Under the pieces are notes generated by a model. The model searched no databases, was not told the DNA's origin, and saw only the letters and a list, made by a program, of their open reading frames with translations. From the human T2T-CHM13v2.0 reference genome, Homo sapiens, in the NCBI RefSeq assembly GCF_009914755.1, contig NC_060933.1: 64,000 nucleotides of DNA, one strand, 5' to 3'. The translations under genes were made by a program, and so were the position numbers. This document shows, in pieces, positions 37,046 to 49,544 of this stretch (position 1 is its first letter; the number at the start of each line of letters is the position of its first letter).

Positions 37046-38639
37046 TGTGAGTACCTACCTCGCAGGTTGTTGGAAGGCATGAATGGGTTAATCCACTTAA
37101 AGCATGAAGAACTGTGCCTGGCAGTTCAATAGATGTTAGCTATTTCATCCTTTCCAAGTAGACTTGACCCTGAACCATATCCCTCTCTCTGGTTATGCAT
37201 TCCTGTGTTATCCCACACTTCCCTCATCATTACCCTTAATAAACTGAATTCAGATTGAATCACTAGAATTTGCATTCCTTGAGATCATATACAAGGTCTT
37301 ATTTATATTTGTGTCTCAGCTCAGCAGGTAGGGCCAGGAACAACAAAGGGACATAGTGAATTTCAGTTGAATGAATAAATGTTCAGGCCAAGAAGCCCTT
37401 TTACCATTGCCTGAAAGTCATGCCAAATGAATTATGGAAAATCGCTCTCACTGGGGCTTCTGACAAACTGCTCCTGAGATATCTGGGTTTTTGCCTCAGT
37501 TCACACCAGCCAGGGACAACCCCGCCAACTCTCTGGGGTAGTAGCATGACAGGCAGAGCTACCCTCTATTTCACTTAAAAAAAGAAAAAGAAAACCATGA
37601 AGAGGAAAATTACTTAGTCATCACTGTCAATCTTGGCAAATAAACATTGCTATTACGTACTTCAGAACTCAAGCAGCAACACATAATTAGGCACAGGTTC
37701 AATCAGCAGCAAGATGCAGGTTAGGGGAGTGTGTGAGAGGATGAGTGGCTCATTTGCACTGCAGAAGAGGTGAGATGTTGATTTTCATGCAAGCACTGTC
37801 TCAGAGATTCCCAACTAAATAGGCGCATTTAGATTTTTAAGGCCCAACTAAGCGAAATGCTTTTTCTGGAGAAAAAAGAGCAGGGAGTTGTATAGATGTG
37901 TTTCTGAGTGGCAGCTGCAGATCTATTATAATTTTACTTGTTTTCTGATTATAGAACTAACGTATTTTCATTATGAAAACTTGGAAAATATAGAAAACAA
38001 TAAAGAAGCAAATAAAAATCTGTAATAATCTCATCCACTTGATCCTATCATCCGCTTGATTCCTTTTATATCTACATTCAGTAACTCACTCAGTAAATGA
38101 TCTCATCCAGTCTCATGGCTTTAAATGCTGTCTTTATGTGCATGAGTCTCAAATTAATCTCTCCAGCTCTGTCCTCTCCACCAAGCTCCAGACTAGATGT
38201 CAAAGAGACAGAGCCTTACAGCTATTTAATAGCATCAAAAACTCAATATGGCCATAATAAATCTCTTGCTTTCTACCCTCTCTCTGCAAAAATGTTCCCT
38301 CCTCCAATCTTCCCAATATTTGTAAATGCCACCATTATACACCCAACTGCTTAAGCCAAAAACTAAAAGTCATACCTTTAACCGTCACAAACATTTAGTC
38401 CATCAGTCTTACCTCTACCTCCAAAAAAAATCCAATTTCCTACGTCTTCCATCTCTACTGCCATCACCCAAGTGCAAAATGCTGATGTATGTTGCCCAGA
38501 ATCTTGTAAGATCAGTCTCCTAACCCATTTCCTTGCTTTCTCTATTCTTTGTATGGCATTCAGAATGCTATCTGGTTATTTTCTTAAGCCTCCTACTTAA
38601 AAGTGAAATCGCAAAAATAAATAACTTAAGGTTCTTGAT

Positions 38640-40452
38640 TATATATGTGTGTATACATGTATATACATATATGTATATATACACACATATATATGATATA
38701 TATACATATACATACATATGATATACGTGTATATATATCATATCATACACATATATGATATACGTGTATATATATCATATCATACACATATATGATATAC
38801 GTGTATATATATCATATCATACACATATATGATATGTGTGTATATATCCTACACATATATATGTGTGTGTGTATATATATCCTACACATATATATGTGTG
38901 TGTATATATATCCTACACATATATGATATGTGTGTGTGTATATATCCTACACATATATGATATGTGTGTGTATATATATCCTACACATATATGATATGTG
39001 TGTGTATATATATCCTACACATATATGATATGTGTGTGTATATATATATCGTACACATATATGATGTGTGTGTATATATATATCCTACACATATATGATG
39101 TGTGTGTATATATCATATCCTACACATATATGATATGTGTATATATCATAGCCTACACATATATATGTGTGTATATATCATATCCTACACATATATATGT
39201 GTGTATATATCATATCCTACACATATATGATATGTGTGTGTATATATCATATCCTACACATATATGATGTGTGTGTATATATATCCTACACATATATATG
39301 TGTGTGTATATATCATATCCTACACATATATGATATGTGTGTATACATCATATCCTACACATATATGATATGTATGTGTGTATATATCATATCCTACACA
39401 TATATGATATGTGTGTATATATCATATCCTACACACATATGATATGTGTGTATATATCATATCCTACACACATATATGTGTGTATATATCATATCCTACA
39501 CACATATGATATGTGTGTATATATCATATCCTACACACACATGATATGTGTGTATATATCATATCCTACACATATATGATATGTGTGTGTATACATCATA
39601 TCCTACACACACATGATATGTGTGTATATATCATATCCTACACATATATGATATGTATGTGTGTATACATCATATCCTACACATATATGATATGTATGTG
39701 TGTATACATCATATCCTACACATATATGATATGTATGTGTGTATACATCATATCCTACACATATATGATATGTATGTGTGTATACATCATATCCTACACA
39801 TATATGATATGTATGTGTGTATACATCATATCCTACACGTATATGATATGTATGTGTGTATACATCATATCCTACACGTATATGATATGTATGTGTGTAT
39901 ACATCATATCCTACACGTATATGATATGTATGTGTGTATACATCATATCCTACACGTATATGATATGTATGTGTGTATACATCATATCCTACACGTATAT
40001 GATATGTATGTGTGTATACATCATATCCTACACGTATATGATATGTATGTGTGTATACATCATATCCTACACGTATATGATATGTATGTGTGTATACATC
40101 ATATCCTACACATATATGATATGTATGTGTGTATACATCATATCCTACACATATATGATATGTATGTGTGTATACATCATATCCTACACATATGATATGT
40201 ATGTGTGTATACATCATATCCTACACATATATGATATGTATGTGTGTATACATCATATCCTACACATATATATGTATGTGTGTATACATCATATCATACA
40301 CATATGATATGTATGTGTGTATACATCATATCATACACATATATGATATGTATGTGTGTATACATCATATCATACACATATATGATATGTATGTGTATAT
40401 ACATTATATCATACACACATATATATCATATATGTGTGTGTATATATATATA
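38640..40452. repeat. AT-rich VNTR of about 1.8 kb; core unit 39 bp (CATCATATCCTACACATATATGATATGTATGTGTGTATA), with shorter, more variable units toward both ends
   Basis: Exact 39-bp periodicity from ~39630 to 40190. It produces the repetitive 13-aa ORF translations in the track. Confidence 0.97.
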
Positions 40453-41383
40453 TTTCCGAGTTGATTTACAGAAGTTATCTACCAATGTCAATTGCACCAG
40501 CAGTGTCTGGATTTTAAGATAGCATCCTCACTTGTGCGATGCACTTGGCCAAGAGTAAGCTTGAATGTTTCTGTTGGTTTACATTTCTGTCTCTCCTACT
40601 GGTTAATGCAATAATTATTTCTTTGATCATTTCATATTTATATAGCAGCATGAATTTTCAATCCATGATGCATGTGAATTAAAATGTAACTTTTAAATAC
40701 TTTTTGTTATAATTGAACTTAGTAGCTACCTAAAGCCCCCATGTTGTCTAATGGCAGAAAACTCAATCTATTTAAGGAACTCAGTCACTTAGGATTTTCT
40801 CTGTCACTTCAAGTTTAAACTCAGTCAATTTGGGTTTTCCCCACCCCTTTTTTTTCTGCTTAAGACCTGAGATGTATCCAGATTGATGGAAATCGTAGGG
40901 CTCGGAGGGGTCTTGTAGAATCCTAGCCTCTGTCAGAAAAAAGGAGAGAGAGAATTGGTTTATGGCTGGCATCTGTCATTGCTTGGAATCTACTAAGAAC
41001 TTTGTCCTATGTGGTCTTTGGTTAATCTCACTTTAATAAGTCGACATATCCTGGGCTCCACCATCAACTCCAGGTGTTAATTGGTCCAAGCAGTCCATGG
41101 TTGACTCTTTATCAGTCATTGCCAGACCCTCTTGTGGTCACAGGCAACTTTGGAAACTTTTGGACACTCTCCCATGGCAGTCTGGAACCACACAAGACTG
41201 AAAGAGCTATTTTGGAGCCTCTATGTATCTTATTCCCATTTCCTCTCTGCTTCCAGTTCACTATACTGCTTTTGGGCTACACTTGCGAAGTTCTACACAG
41301 GTTCTTTCTTTAGGCTTTTCAAACCTACTCAAGTGTTCCATTATCTCCTGGCCTGAGATTAAGCTCAGGGAGGAGATAATTAA

Positions 41384-41795
41384 TGTGGCAGACACAGAGA
41401 TAAACGACTGCCCAGATCCCTCTTTATGCTAGATGTTGTTACTCAGGTGCAGGGAGTGAGGACAGTCAGCAGATGGTCTCCAGCTGTCAGCTTCTCCCAG
41501 ATGCAGATGCAGAACCTTGCCGAAGGTCATGCCCTTCCCAGAGCAGCTTGTATCTGGTGACTAAGTAAGGTGGGGGTATAAAGGTCCAGCCATTCTGCCC
41601 AACACAGAATTACTTTGGGAGTACTATTTGCTCCAGAGTGCCTGCTGCTTAAGGCTTGGTCAAGGTTGCCTTGCAGCTCAACTTTTCCCTCAACCCAATT
41701 CTGCTTTCTTCTTTTTCCTTTCCTAATCATTAATTGCAAATCAGTATTTTGCACCCCAAACCTCATCTCAGAGTCTACTTGAGAGAACCCACCCT
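41384..41795 (+). mobile_element. ERVL LTR (LTR16-like)
   Basis: Starts tgtggcagac. Contains a TATA-like gggtataaaggtccagcc and ends caaacctcatctcagagtctacttgagagaaccc. Confidence 0.7.
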
Positions 41796-42657
41796 TCTGT
41801 TTTTGGTAAGCTGAATCATGTTCATGATCCCTTCTCATGAATACTCTGCAAGTTTCTTGCTCCCCCTGAGAGCTCCCTCCTTCAGTTTAGCCCTTGGAAG
41901 TTTTACAGACTCTACAGAAGTAGACCATTAGCTTTTATATGTTATCACTCAATAGCCCCAATTCTCATAGCATGTGGCTTTTGGCACAAAAAAAGCCAAG
42001 CTTTTGAAACTCAACAACTTTTTCTATCAACCTATTTTCTTTGCCAGGACTTTGAAAAGGCTCTTTTGAAACTCAAGATTGAGAATTGATGCCTTTGTTG
42101 TCTTTTGTTTGGCTGTGGCCTCCCTTCTTTGAGGCAGTGAGCTCCAATTGCCCTAGTTGCTGCCTTGAAATAAGTAGAAGGTTCCCATGATACATAAGAA
42201 ATGTGGAGGTATGTGTACGTGAAGCATGGAAAATTCTCAGGTTAACTCAAAAATCTTATCCTAGCTTATTTGCCAAATACCTGCAGCCTTGTAAACACCA
42301 TTGAAAATAGGCAGAGCTCAAATTTGTGCTGGTTCTGAAACCCAGACATGGAAGGCAGAGACAAGGCATAGCAAGGGCAAAAGCTCCCTAAAATCGTAAT
42401 TGTCAGTACCTGAAAGCTAAAAGATATTCTGCCAAGAACTTGGAAGTAAATTTTCTCCTTTATGCAAAGTCACCTGAGCAAGACAGTGGTACCCAAAAAA
42501 ACTGGGCCCTATTATATCTTAGCAGATATATTATTCAGAAGATGGAGTTAGAAATACTGGGCAACATCAAGAGTTTCAGAAACAGATGTGGGCAGTCCTA
42601 TTGGAAAGTTCTTTCCTATGGTTATAAATCAATATATGCAAGATATTGATAAGATTT

Positions 42658-43110
42658 TGTTACAGTGATGGCCCTCAATGAACCACACTTTGTTTAGTCC
42701 CTTCCCTTGAATGTGGACTTGTCCTGTGACATGCTTTAACTAGTAGACTGCAGAGGAAGTGATGCTGTGCCAGTCATAGGCGTAAACCTCAGGACCTAGC
42801 AGCTTCTTCTTTCCTGCTGTTAGGAACCCCGAGCCTCCATATTAGAAACAGGGTAGGTCTGTTGAAGAGACCTTATAGAAATCCATGTGGGGAAAGCAGT
42901 CCTGAGACTATACGGAAAGAGAGGTGACCCAGGCAACCCAGGATTCTGACTGAGCGCAGAACCACTGACCAGCCAACTAAAAACAGCCAGTAAACTTCAG
43001 TAAGACCAGTAAATTACTGCCCAGCTAAACCAGGCTCATTTTACAGAATTGCGAGCAACAATACAATATTTTTCTATTTAAACCACTGAATTTTGTGATT
43101 TTTTTTTTTT
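42658..43110 (+). mobile_element. MLT1-type MaLR LTR
   Basis: tagtcccttcccttgaatgtggacttgtcctgtgacatgctttaac...gaagtgatgctgtgccag, with the end motif tttaaaccactgaattttg. Confidence 0.65.
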
Positions 43111-43364
43111 TTCCAGCTTTAGATGACCCAAAGGAGATTGTAGCTTATAGACTTCAAGTCTTCAGGGCAGGCCCTCTCATTATGAGATAAATTCATCAGG
43201 CATCTTAGTGTAATGCTATTAAACATTCAATTCACCTTACTTCCTCTGTGCTAATTCCAGGCTCACACAACAATCTTTTAACCCTTCCCCAGTCCTGCAC
43301 CTCCTGCTCTGCCAAGCAGTTCTGACTTAAGAGGGAGAAGGCACTAGTAAAAGACTTCAATAAA

Positions 43365-43725
43365 TTTTTCTTTTAGGAATTTAGAAATTGAGATATCACT
43401 TACATACAGCAAAATACGCAGATCTTACAGTTCTATGAATTTTGACAAAATACATACAGCCTTGTAACCCACACTCCTGATAAAAATATAAACTACTTTT
43501 GTAACCCCAGAAAGTTCTCTTGTGTTCCTTTCCTACCAATCTTACCACCTCCCAAGCAACCACTGCTAGGGTTACATTTTGCATGGATTAGTTTTGACCA
43601 TTCTTAAACATCATATAAATGGAATTATACAGTGGATGCTCTTTTGTGTCTGGCTTCTTTTACTTATATGTCTGTGAATTTTATTTCCATTGCTGTGTGA
43701 ATTTGTAGGCATTCCTCTTAATTGC
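43365..43725 (-). mobile_element. Old L1M 3' end
   Basis: attgagatatcacttacatacagcaaaat...catataaatggaattatacagt...tgtgtctggcttctttt. Confidence 0.75.
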
Positions 43726-44436
43726 TGATATGGTTTGGCTGTGTCCCCACCTGAATCTCATCTTGAATTGTAGTTCCTATAATGCCCCCATGTTGTGGGA
43801 GGAACCAGGTGGAGACAATTAAATCATGGGGGAGGTTTCCCCCATCCTGTTCTCATGATAGTGAGTCAGTTCTCATGAGATCTGATGGTTTTATAAGGAA
43901 CTTCCCACTTCACTGGGCACTCGTTCTTCTCCTTCCTGCTGCCATGTGAAAAGGGATGTGTTTGCTTCACCTTCCACCATGATTGTAAGTTTCCTGAGGC
44001 CTCCCCAGTCATGCTGAACTGTGAGCCCATTAAACCTCTTTCCTTTATAAATTACCCAGTCTTGGGTATGTCCTTATAGCAGCATAAGAACAGACTAATA
44101 CAGTAAATTGGTACCAGGTAGCGGGGCACTGCTGTAAAGATGCCCAAAAATGTGGAAGTGATTTTGGAACTGGGTAACAGGCAGAGGTCAGAACAGTTTG
44201 GAGGACTCAGAAGACAGGAAAATGTGGGGAAGTTTGGAACTTCCTAGAGACTTGGAGGGCTCAGAAGACAGGAAGATGTGGGAAAGTTTGGAACTTCCTA
44301 GAGGCTCGTTGAATGGCTTTGACCAAAATCCTGAGAGTGACACGGACAATAAAGTACAGGCTGAGGTGGTCTCAGATGGAGATGAGGAATTTGTTGGGAA
44401 CAAGAGTAAAGGTCACTCTTGCTATGCAAAGAGACT
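43726..44436 (+). mobile_element. THE1 (THE1D-like) 5' LTR (43726-44102) plus truncated THE1 internal sequence (44103-44436)
   Basis: TGATATGGTTTGGCTGTGTCCCCAC...CAGACTAATACA is followed by the MaLR-int start gtaaattggtaccag...ggaactgggtaacaggcagagg. There is a 54-bp tandem duplication at 44198-44305. Confidence 0.93.
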
Positions 44437-44707
44437 TGCTGAGTCTTCCGGCCTTCATCTTTCTCCCGTGCTAGATGCTTACTGCCATCAAACATCGGAC
44501 TCCAAGTTCTTTAGGTTTTGGACTTTTGGATCGACACCAGTGGCTTGCCAGGGGCTCTTGGGCCTTTGGCCACAGACTGAAGGCTGCACTGTCGGCTTCT
44601 GTACTTTTGAGGTTATGGGATTCAGACTGGCTTCCTTGCTCCTCAGCTTGCAGACAGCCTATTGTGAGACTTCACGTCGTGATTACGTGAGTCAATACTC
44701 CTTAATA
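44432..44707 (+). mobile_element. MLT2A (HERV-L LTR) internal fragment
   Basis: gacttgctgagtcttccggccttcatctttctcccgtgc...ggccacagactgaaggctgcactgtcggcttc...cagcttgcagacagcctattgtg...gtgagtcaatactccttaata matches MLT2A as I recall it. Confidence 0.85.
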
Positions 44708-44711
44708 CTTC

Positions 44712-44867
44712 TTGCAAAACTTTTCTCCCATTCTGTTGGTTACCTGTTCACTCTGATGATAGTTTCTTTTGCTGAGCAGGAGCTCTTTAGTTTGACTGGA
44801 TCCCTTTTGTCAATTTTGGCTTTTGTTGCAATTGCATTTGGTGTTTTAGTCATGAAGTCCTTGCCCA
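44712..44867 (-). mobile_element. L1PA ORF2 internal fragment (no tail, no TSD)
   Basis: ttgcaaaacttttctcccattctg...ctgttcactctgatgatagtttcttttgctg...catgaagtccttgccca. The same L1 region is seen at 1-35 and ~17900-18050. Confidence 0.88.
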
Positions 44868-45094
44868 GGAAGGTATAGATTTTAAGGAAACCTGATCCAA
44901 AACATGACTGTGCACTTTAATTTGGGAGTGGACGATAGTTTAGGAACTGGAGCAAAGAGAACAGTGAATTTATTCAGGGCAGGAGGGGAGTGTGTGTTTG
45001 CGGGGACGAGGTGGGGAATTGAGAAAGTTGAATGTAGTTGAAATAACTGTCCATGGAATTCAGGGTAGGTTAGGAAGGAAGCAAAATGGGATGG

Positions 45095-45462
45095 CGATAT
45101 GATTGGCTGTGTCCCCACCCAAATCTCATCTTGAATGTTGGTTCCCACAATCCCCACGAGTCATAGGAGAGACACTAGAATGTAATTGAATCATTGGGCT
45201 TTGACCGCCATGATGTTCTTGTGATAGTGAGTTCTCATGAGATCTGATGGTCTTATAAGGGGCTATCCCCACTTTAGCTCTGCAATTCTCCTTGCTGATG
45301 CCATGTGAAGAAGGATGTGTTTGTTTCTCCTTCCGCCATGATTGTGAGTTTCCTGAGGCCTCCCCAGGTGTGCTGAATTGTGAGTCAATTAAATCTCTTT
45401 CCTTTATAAATTACCCAGTCTCGGGTATGTCCTTATTAGCAACATGAGAACAGACGAATACA
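45095..45462 (+). mobile_element. THE1 solo LTR
   Basis: cGATATGATTGGCTGTGTCCCCACCCAAATCTC...GAATACA, flanked by GATGG and GATAG (TSD, 4 of 5 match). Confidence 0.92.
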
Positions 45463-46272
45463 GATAGGATTTAATGCAGGCAGATATTTATGTGATTAGA
45501 AATATTGCAATAAAAGTAAAGAGAGGGCTTAGGAGCATCTTTAAAAATATATCTCATTTCACAAGCACTCAGGAAGAGACCATTTGTGTCTAAACCTGAC
45601 AAGTTGGGTTTGGTGGCTACTTGATCCCCATTTCAAACCCTCCGCTTTTTTCTCCTAGGATGGACTGCCTGGTTTACACTCATCTGTTGAATCATTTTTG
45701 TTACAAAGCCATAGAGTTAATGGGAGATTTGAATAAAATTGCTTTTATAAAAAGGGGCTCCTCAAGAAAGAAAAAATATTGAGAATTTCACCAGATCAAA
45801 GAGACACACTTCTTTAGCAGAAATAGATGATTAGTTGAGGTGTTTGTGATATAATTACAGATGGGTGGTGAGAGAACTCCCCCCCATGGTCCCCCATCAT
45901 GCCCATAGACCTAGCACAGTATAGACTCCATGAGCTCCACCACTCCTTGATATGTAACCTTGGGCAAGTAAATGAACCTTCCTTAGTCTGTTTCTTCATC
46001 TTGAAAATGACTTCTCTTCTGGGGCTGTAATGTGGGCAGAATGAGAAAATGGATATAAAATAATGCAAGGGTTAGTCCTTATTTTGTTGGAGTGCCCACT
46101 GTAGTAGGTTTCTTTGAGGCTGACTTACCTAAAAGGATGATCTGGGATACATTTACTGCATTAAAGTTTCTTCAGTTCCCATCCAGATTCACTAAGGGAA
46201 ACTGAAAGATACTTGAGTACATGAAAGATCTTAAGCTTGGTGCCCACATCAGAAGAAGTTTCTTGGTCTAAA

Positions 46273-46458
46273 GTAGTGATTCTCAAGTTTCAGCATGCCC
46301 CAGAATCACACAGAAGGTTTTGTTAACACACAGGTGGTGGCGTTCCACCACCAGAATTTTTGATTCAGTAGGTCCGGGATGGGGCCCAAGAATTTTCACT
46401 TCTAAAATGTTCCTAGTTGCTGCTGCTGCCATCCAGGAGACCACACTTGAAGAATCAC
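46273..46458. mobile_element. MER5A hAT-Charlie DNA transposon
   Basis: agtgattctcaagtttcagcatgc...gattcagtaggtccgggatggggcccaagaattt...gaccacacttgaagaatcac. Confidence 0.85.
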
Positions 46459-46911
46459 AGGTCTTTGCTATCGTGAATAGTGCTGCAACAAACATATGCA
46501 GGCATGTGTCTTTATTTATAATAGGATGATTTATATTCCTTTGGGTATATACCCAGCAATGGGATTGCTGGGTCAAATGGTATTTCTGTCTTTAGGTCTT
46601 TGAGGAATCGCCACATTGTCTTCCACAGTGTTTGAACTAATCTACACTCCCACGAACAGTGTATAAGTGTTCTTTTTGCTCCACAACCTAGCCACCGTCT
46701 GTTATTTTTTGACTTTTTAATAGCCACTCTGACTGGTGTAAGATGGTATCTCATTGTGGTTTTGATTTGTATTTCTGTAATGGTTAGTGACGATGAGCTT
46801 TTTTTCATATGCTTTTTGGCCACATGTATGCCTCCTTTTGAGAAGTATCTGTTCATATCTTTTGCCTACTTTTGTATGGGGTTGTTTGGTTTGGTTTGTA
46901 AATTTAAGTTC
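46459..46911 (-). mobile_element. L1PA ORF2 3' fragment
   Basis: The ORF at 46512-46856 translates to the L1 ORF2 C-terminus ([13 protein letters not shown]...DPAIPLLGIYPKEYKS). No poly(A) tail is visible. Confidence 0.9.
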
Positions 46912-49544
46912 ACTTGCACCCCTTTAAAAAAAAGGAATCAATGAGTCTAAAAGACTTACAGATCTGAGACAGCGAGTCATTCCCCATGTGACCCCTTTTC
47001 AAAGCAGAGCCACCAGCACTATTCCCTGTCAATAGAGGAAGACATTTTTCGTTTCACAGATGAGTGGGGACTCTTGTTCCTTCTCTCCCAATCAGTGCTC
47101 TGAAGTGAAAGTCACTGACTTTTCATGATTAAACTCTGAAGCTTGGTTGGCCAGTCATTGAGGGAAGAGGCTGTAACCACACACCTAAATGAATGGGTTT
47201 GATTGATAATGAAGTGAGCTGTTTCTGGCATGATTGTGATGATGAAGGCATGGTCATGCTGCACGATGCAGGAGGCGATTAGGAGCAGTCTTCCTCGTTC
47301 ATACTGGGTTAAAAAGGACTTCAGGGAGTGAGAAACAGCCAAATAGAGTAAATATAATTTTTAAGCAGGGAAATAAGCGCTACTGAGAGGTAATGCTGAA
47401 GGGAATATAAAATGTTGCCACCTGCCTTCTAAGCCTCCTTCTTATGCCTGGGAATTACCAAATGTGTGAAGTTGAGTCCAGTGCCCATAAAAGAAACTGC
47501 AAATACCAGGCACTTATCTTCCCTGCATTTAGGGGACCTGATGGAGACTCTGCCCCTCAGTGCAGTAACTCCAGATTCTACCTGAAGTTAACAAACCCAA
47601 GAAGCAGGGATTACTGAGAATCCACCTGTCAAGGAGTGGGGCAACTCTACTGAGTTTTTAGAAGCACCTGAAGCAGAAGTTCAAGGGGCAGCACAAGGCA
47701 TGTTGGTGGTTTCAGGTATGCATGCTATGGTATCTAATGCTCAGGGGAGGTTACACTGGTGACTTCACCAGCTCAGTTGTCAGTTCTCGATCCTGGTTGG
47801 GTTTTGGCTACAGAGACTCCAAGCTTAGTGCCAGAGAGGTTTTTAGTTTGTTTGTGTGTTTTAATTTTGTTGTTAACTGTTGCTTGCAGCTGAGAACCCT
47901 GATCAATTCAAAATAAGTTTAAAACAAACTCCAAAATCAGAAAACCTAGTTATGAGTCCTGCTTTTCCATTTTTGTTTGTAATTTTGTGCAAATCTCTTA
48001 GCCTATCTCAGCCCTAACTCCTTAAATTGTAAATAGAGAAGAAGAGTAATTTCTACACAAAGGTTGTTGGAAATAATGAGACAAATATGTGGAAATGATT
48101 TTAAAACCATATTGCACTATAAAAACATGGGTTACTATTTTAATACAAATATAGACTTACATGGCCTCTCTATAACTGAGGCTTGATTTGGGCCCTTCCC
48201 CCAAATTAGTAAGCCTTCCCTTTTCTGTGCTCATCAGTACCTGAAATTGTCTCTACTTAGAGTATTTTCACAATGAATTTTAGTTACTTAATAATCTGTC
48301 TCTTCTACAAGACTGAGTTCAAGGGCAGTCTTGTTTACCTTTTCCTTTCCCTCTAGTATCAATTGGCACATAGCAGGTTCACGGTAATTGTCAATTGGAT
48401 GAGAACATAAAAGAATTTGCCGAACACTCTAGGAGCATACTAGAAAGTTTCCAGTACAGATGCAACTCTCACTTTCTTCCTTGGCAACACTTTTTGGATT
48501 TGTAGCAACATGCCCCAATGGACAAGGGAGCGATCAGATGGAATAGGCTCATGGTGAGGCTACTGGTTGTCCTGCAGGTGCAAGTGATGGACGCAGTGGA
48601 GGAAATGCATTTTAATTGGTGGCATAAAAAACACTTCCCCAGTGCTGGGTTGGGTTGTAAGTGCCATCTGTCCTGCCACAGAGGATTAAAGGGAAGAACA
48701 CCTTTCCCTGGATTCTGGAGACAGCGTAGGCATTAAGATGAGCTGTTGATATTAACTTGTCTGTGCTCCACCTGGCTAATTGCAGGCAAGGGAATCTGTC
48801 TAGGGTTTCCAGTTTGAAATCAAATGGATAATACAGTGGCAGGTCTCTCATTCCCAGGTGTTTGGTTGCGTTTGTTAAAGGGAATTCTAGAGAGAGTGAG
48901 AATTAAACATTTTTTGGCCTATCCTGGAAGGTTTTCTGTCAACATAATCCATTGTTTGATGTTTGATCTCCCAGTCACAGAAAAAACAAAATGTGCTTCT
49001 TCATTCTGGCTCTGTCTTATCTTACACAACCTCTTTCATTTGCTTATTCCCTCCACAATTACTGAGTCCCTATGTTGAGTACTGGGGACACCAAGGAAGC
49101 TATAACATTGTTTCTGAAATATGAAAAAGTACTGTCATGGATAAGAAGTAGGGGAGGAAGTAAGACCTATAGAGGGAAGGAAGAAACAAAGCTAAGAAAG
49201 AAAAAGGGAAAGAAAAGACGCTTAGCTATGCCCATGGGTCACAGTCCCTGTTGTATTTTCTGTGCTGTCTCCCTCATTCTGTTTGAGAAATGCTTCCAGG
49301 AGGACCACCTATCGTAGTGCTTCTCCATTGTCTAGATGAAAGCCACATGGTCCAGACCTGGCCAACTCTGTTACAACATCTTCCTGTCCTCGGTGATGCA
49401 TACAAAGATAGGACACAACAAAAGAAAAGCAAAGAGGGTCTCTCCATGGAACAGCCCATTAAGGTGCTGAAAAGGGAGAGATTTTTCCTCTGCTGAAGCC
49501 ATGAGCTACACCTGTAAACACTGGGCTGCTGGAGGCCCTCAGTC

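Noticed and set aside
38998-40522. Long repetitive ORFs (264, 204 and 191 aa) and a superficially CRISPR-like array
   Set aside because: These are translations of a 39-bp unit that is a multiple of three and lacks stops in some frames. There are no unique spacers, no cas genes, and the context is eukaryotic.
44198-44305. 54-bp tandem duplication in THE1-int as a locus-specific novelty
   Set aside because: I recall this duplication in other THE1D internal sequences, so it is probably a subfamily trait.
43726-45462. Interpretation as one intact THE1 provirus with captured cargo
   Set aside because: The outer flanks (ATTGC and GATAG) do not match, the downstream LTR has its own TSD (GATGG/GATAG), and the two LTRs differ at many sites.
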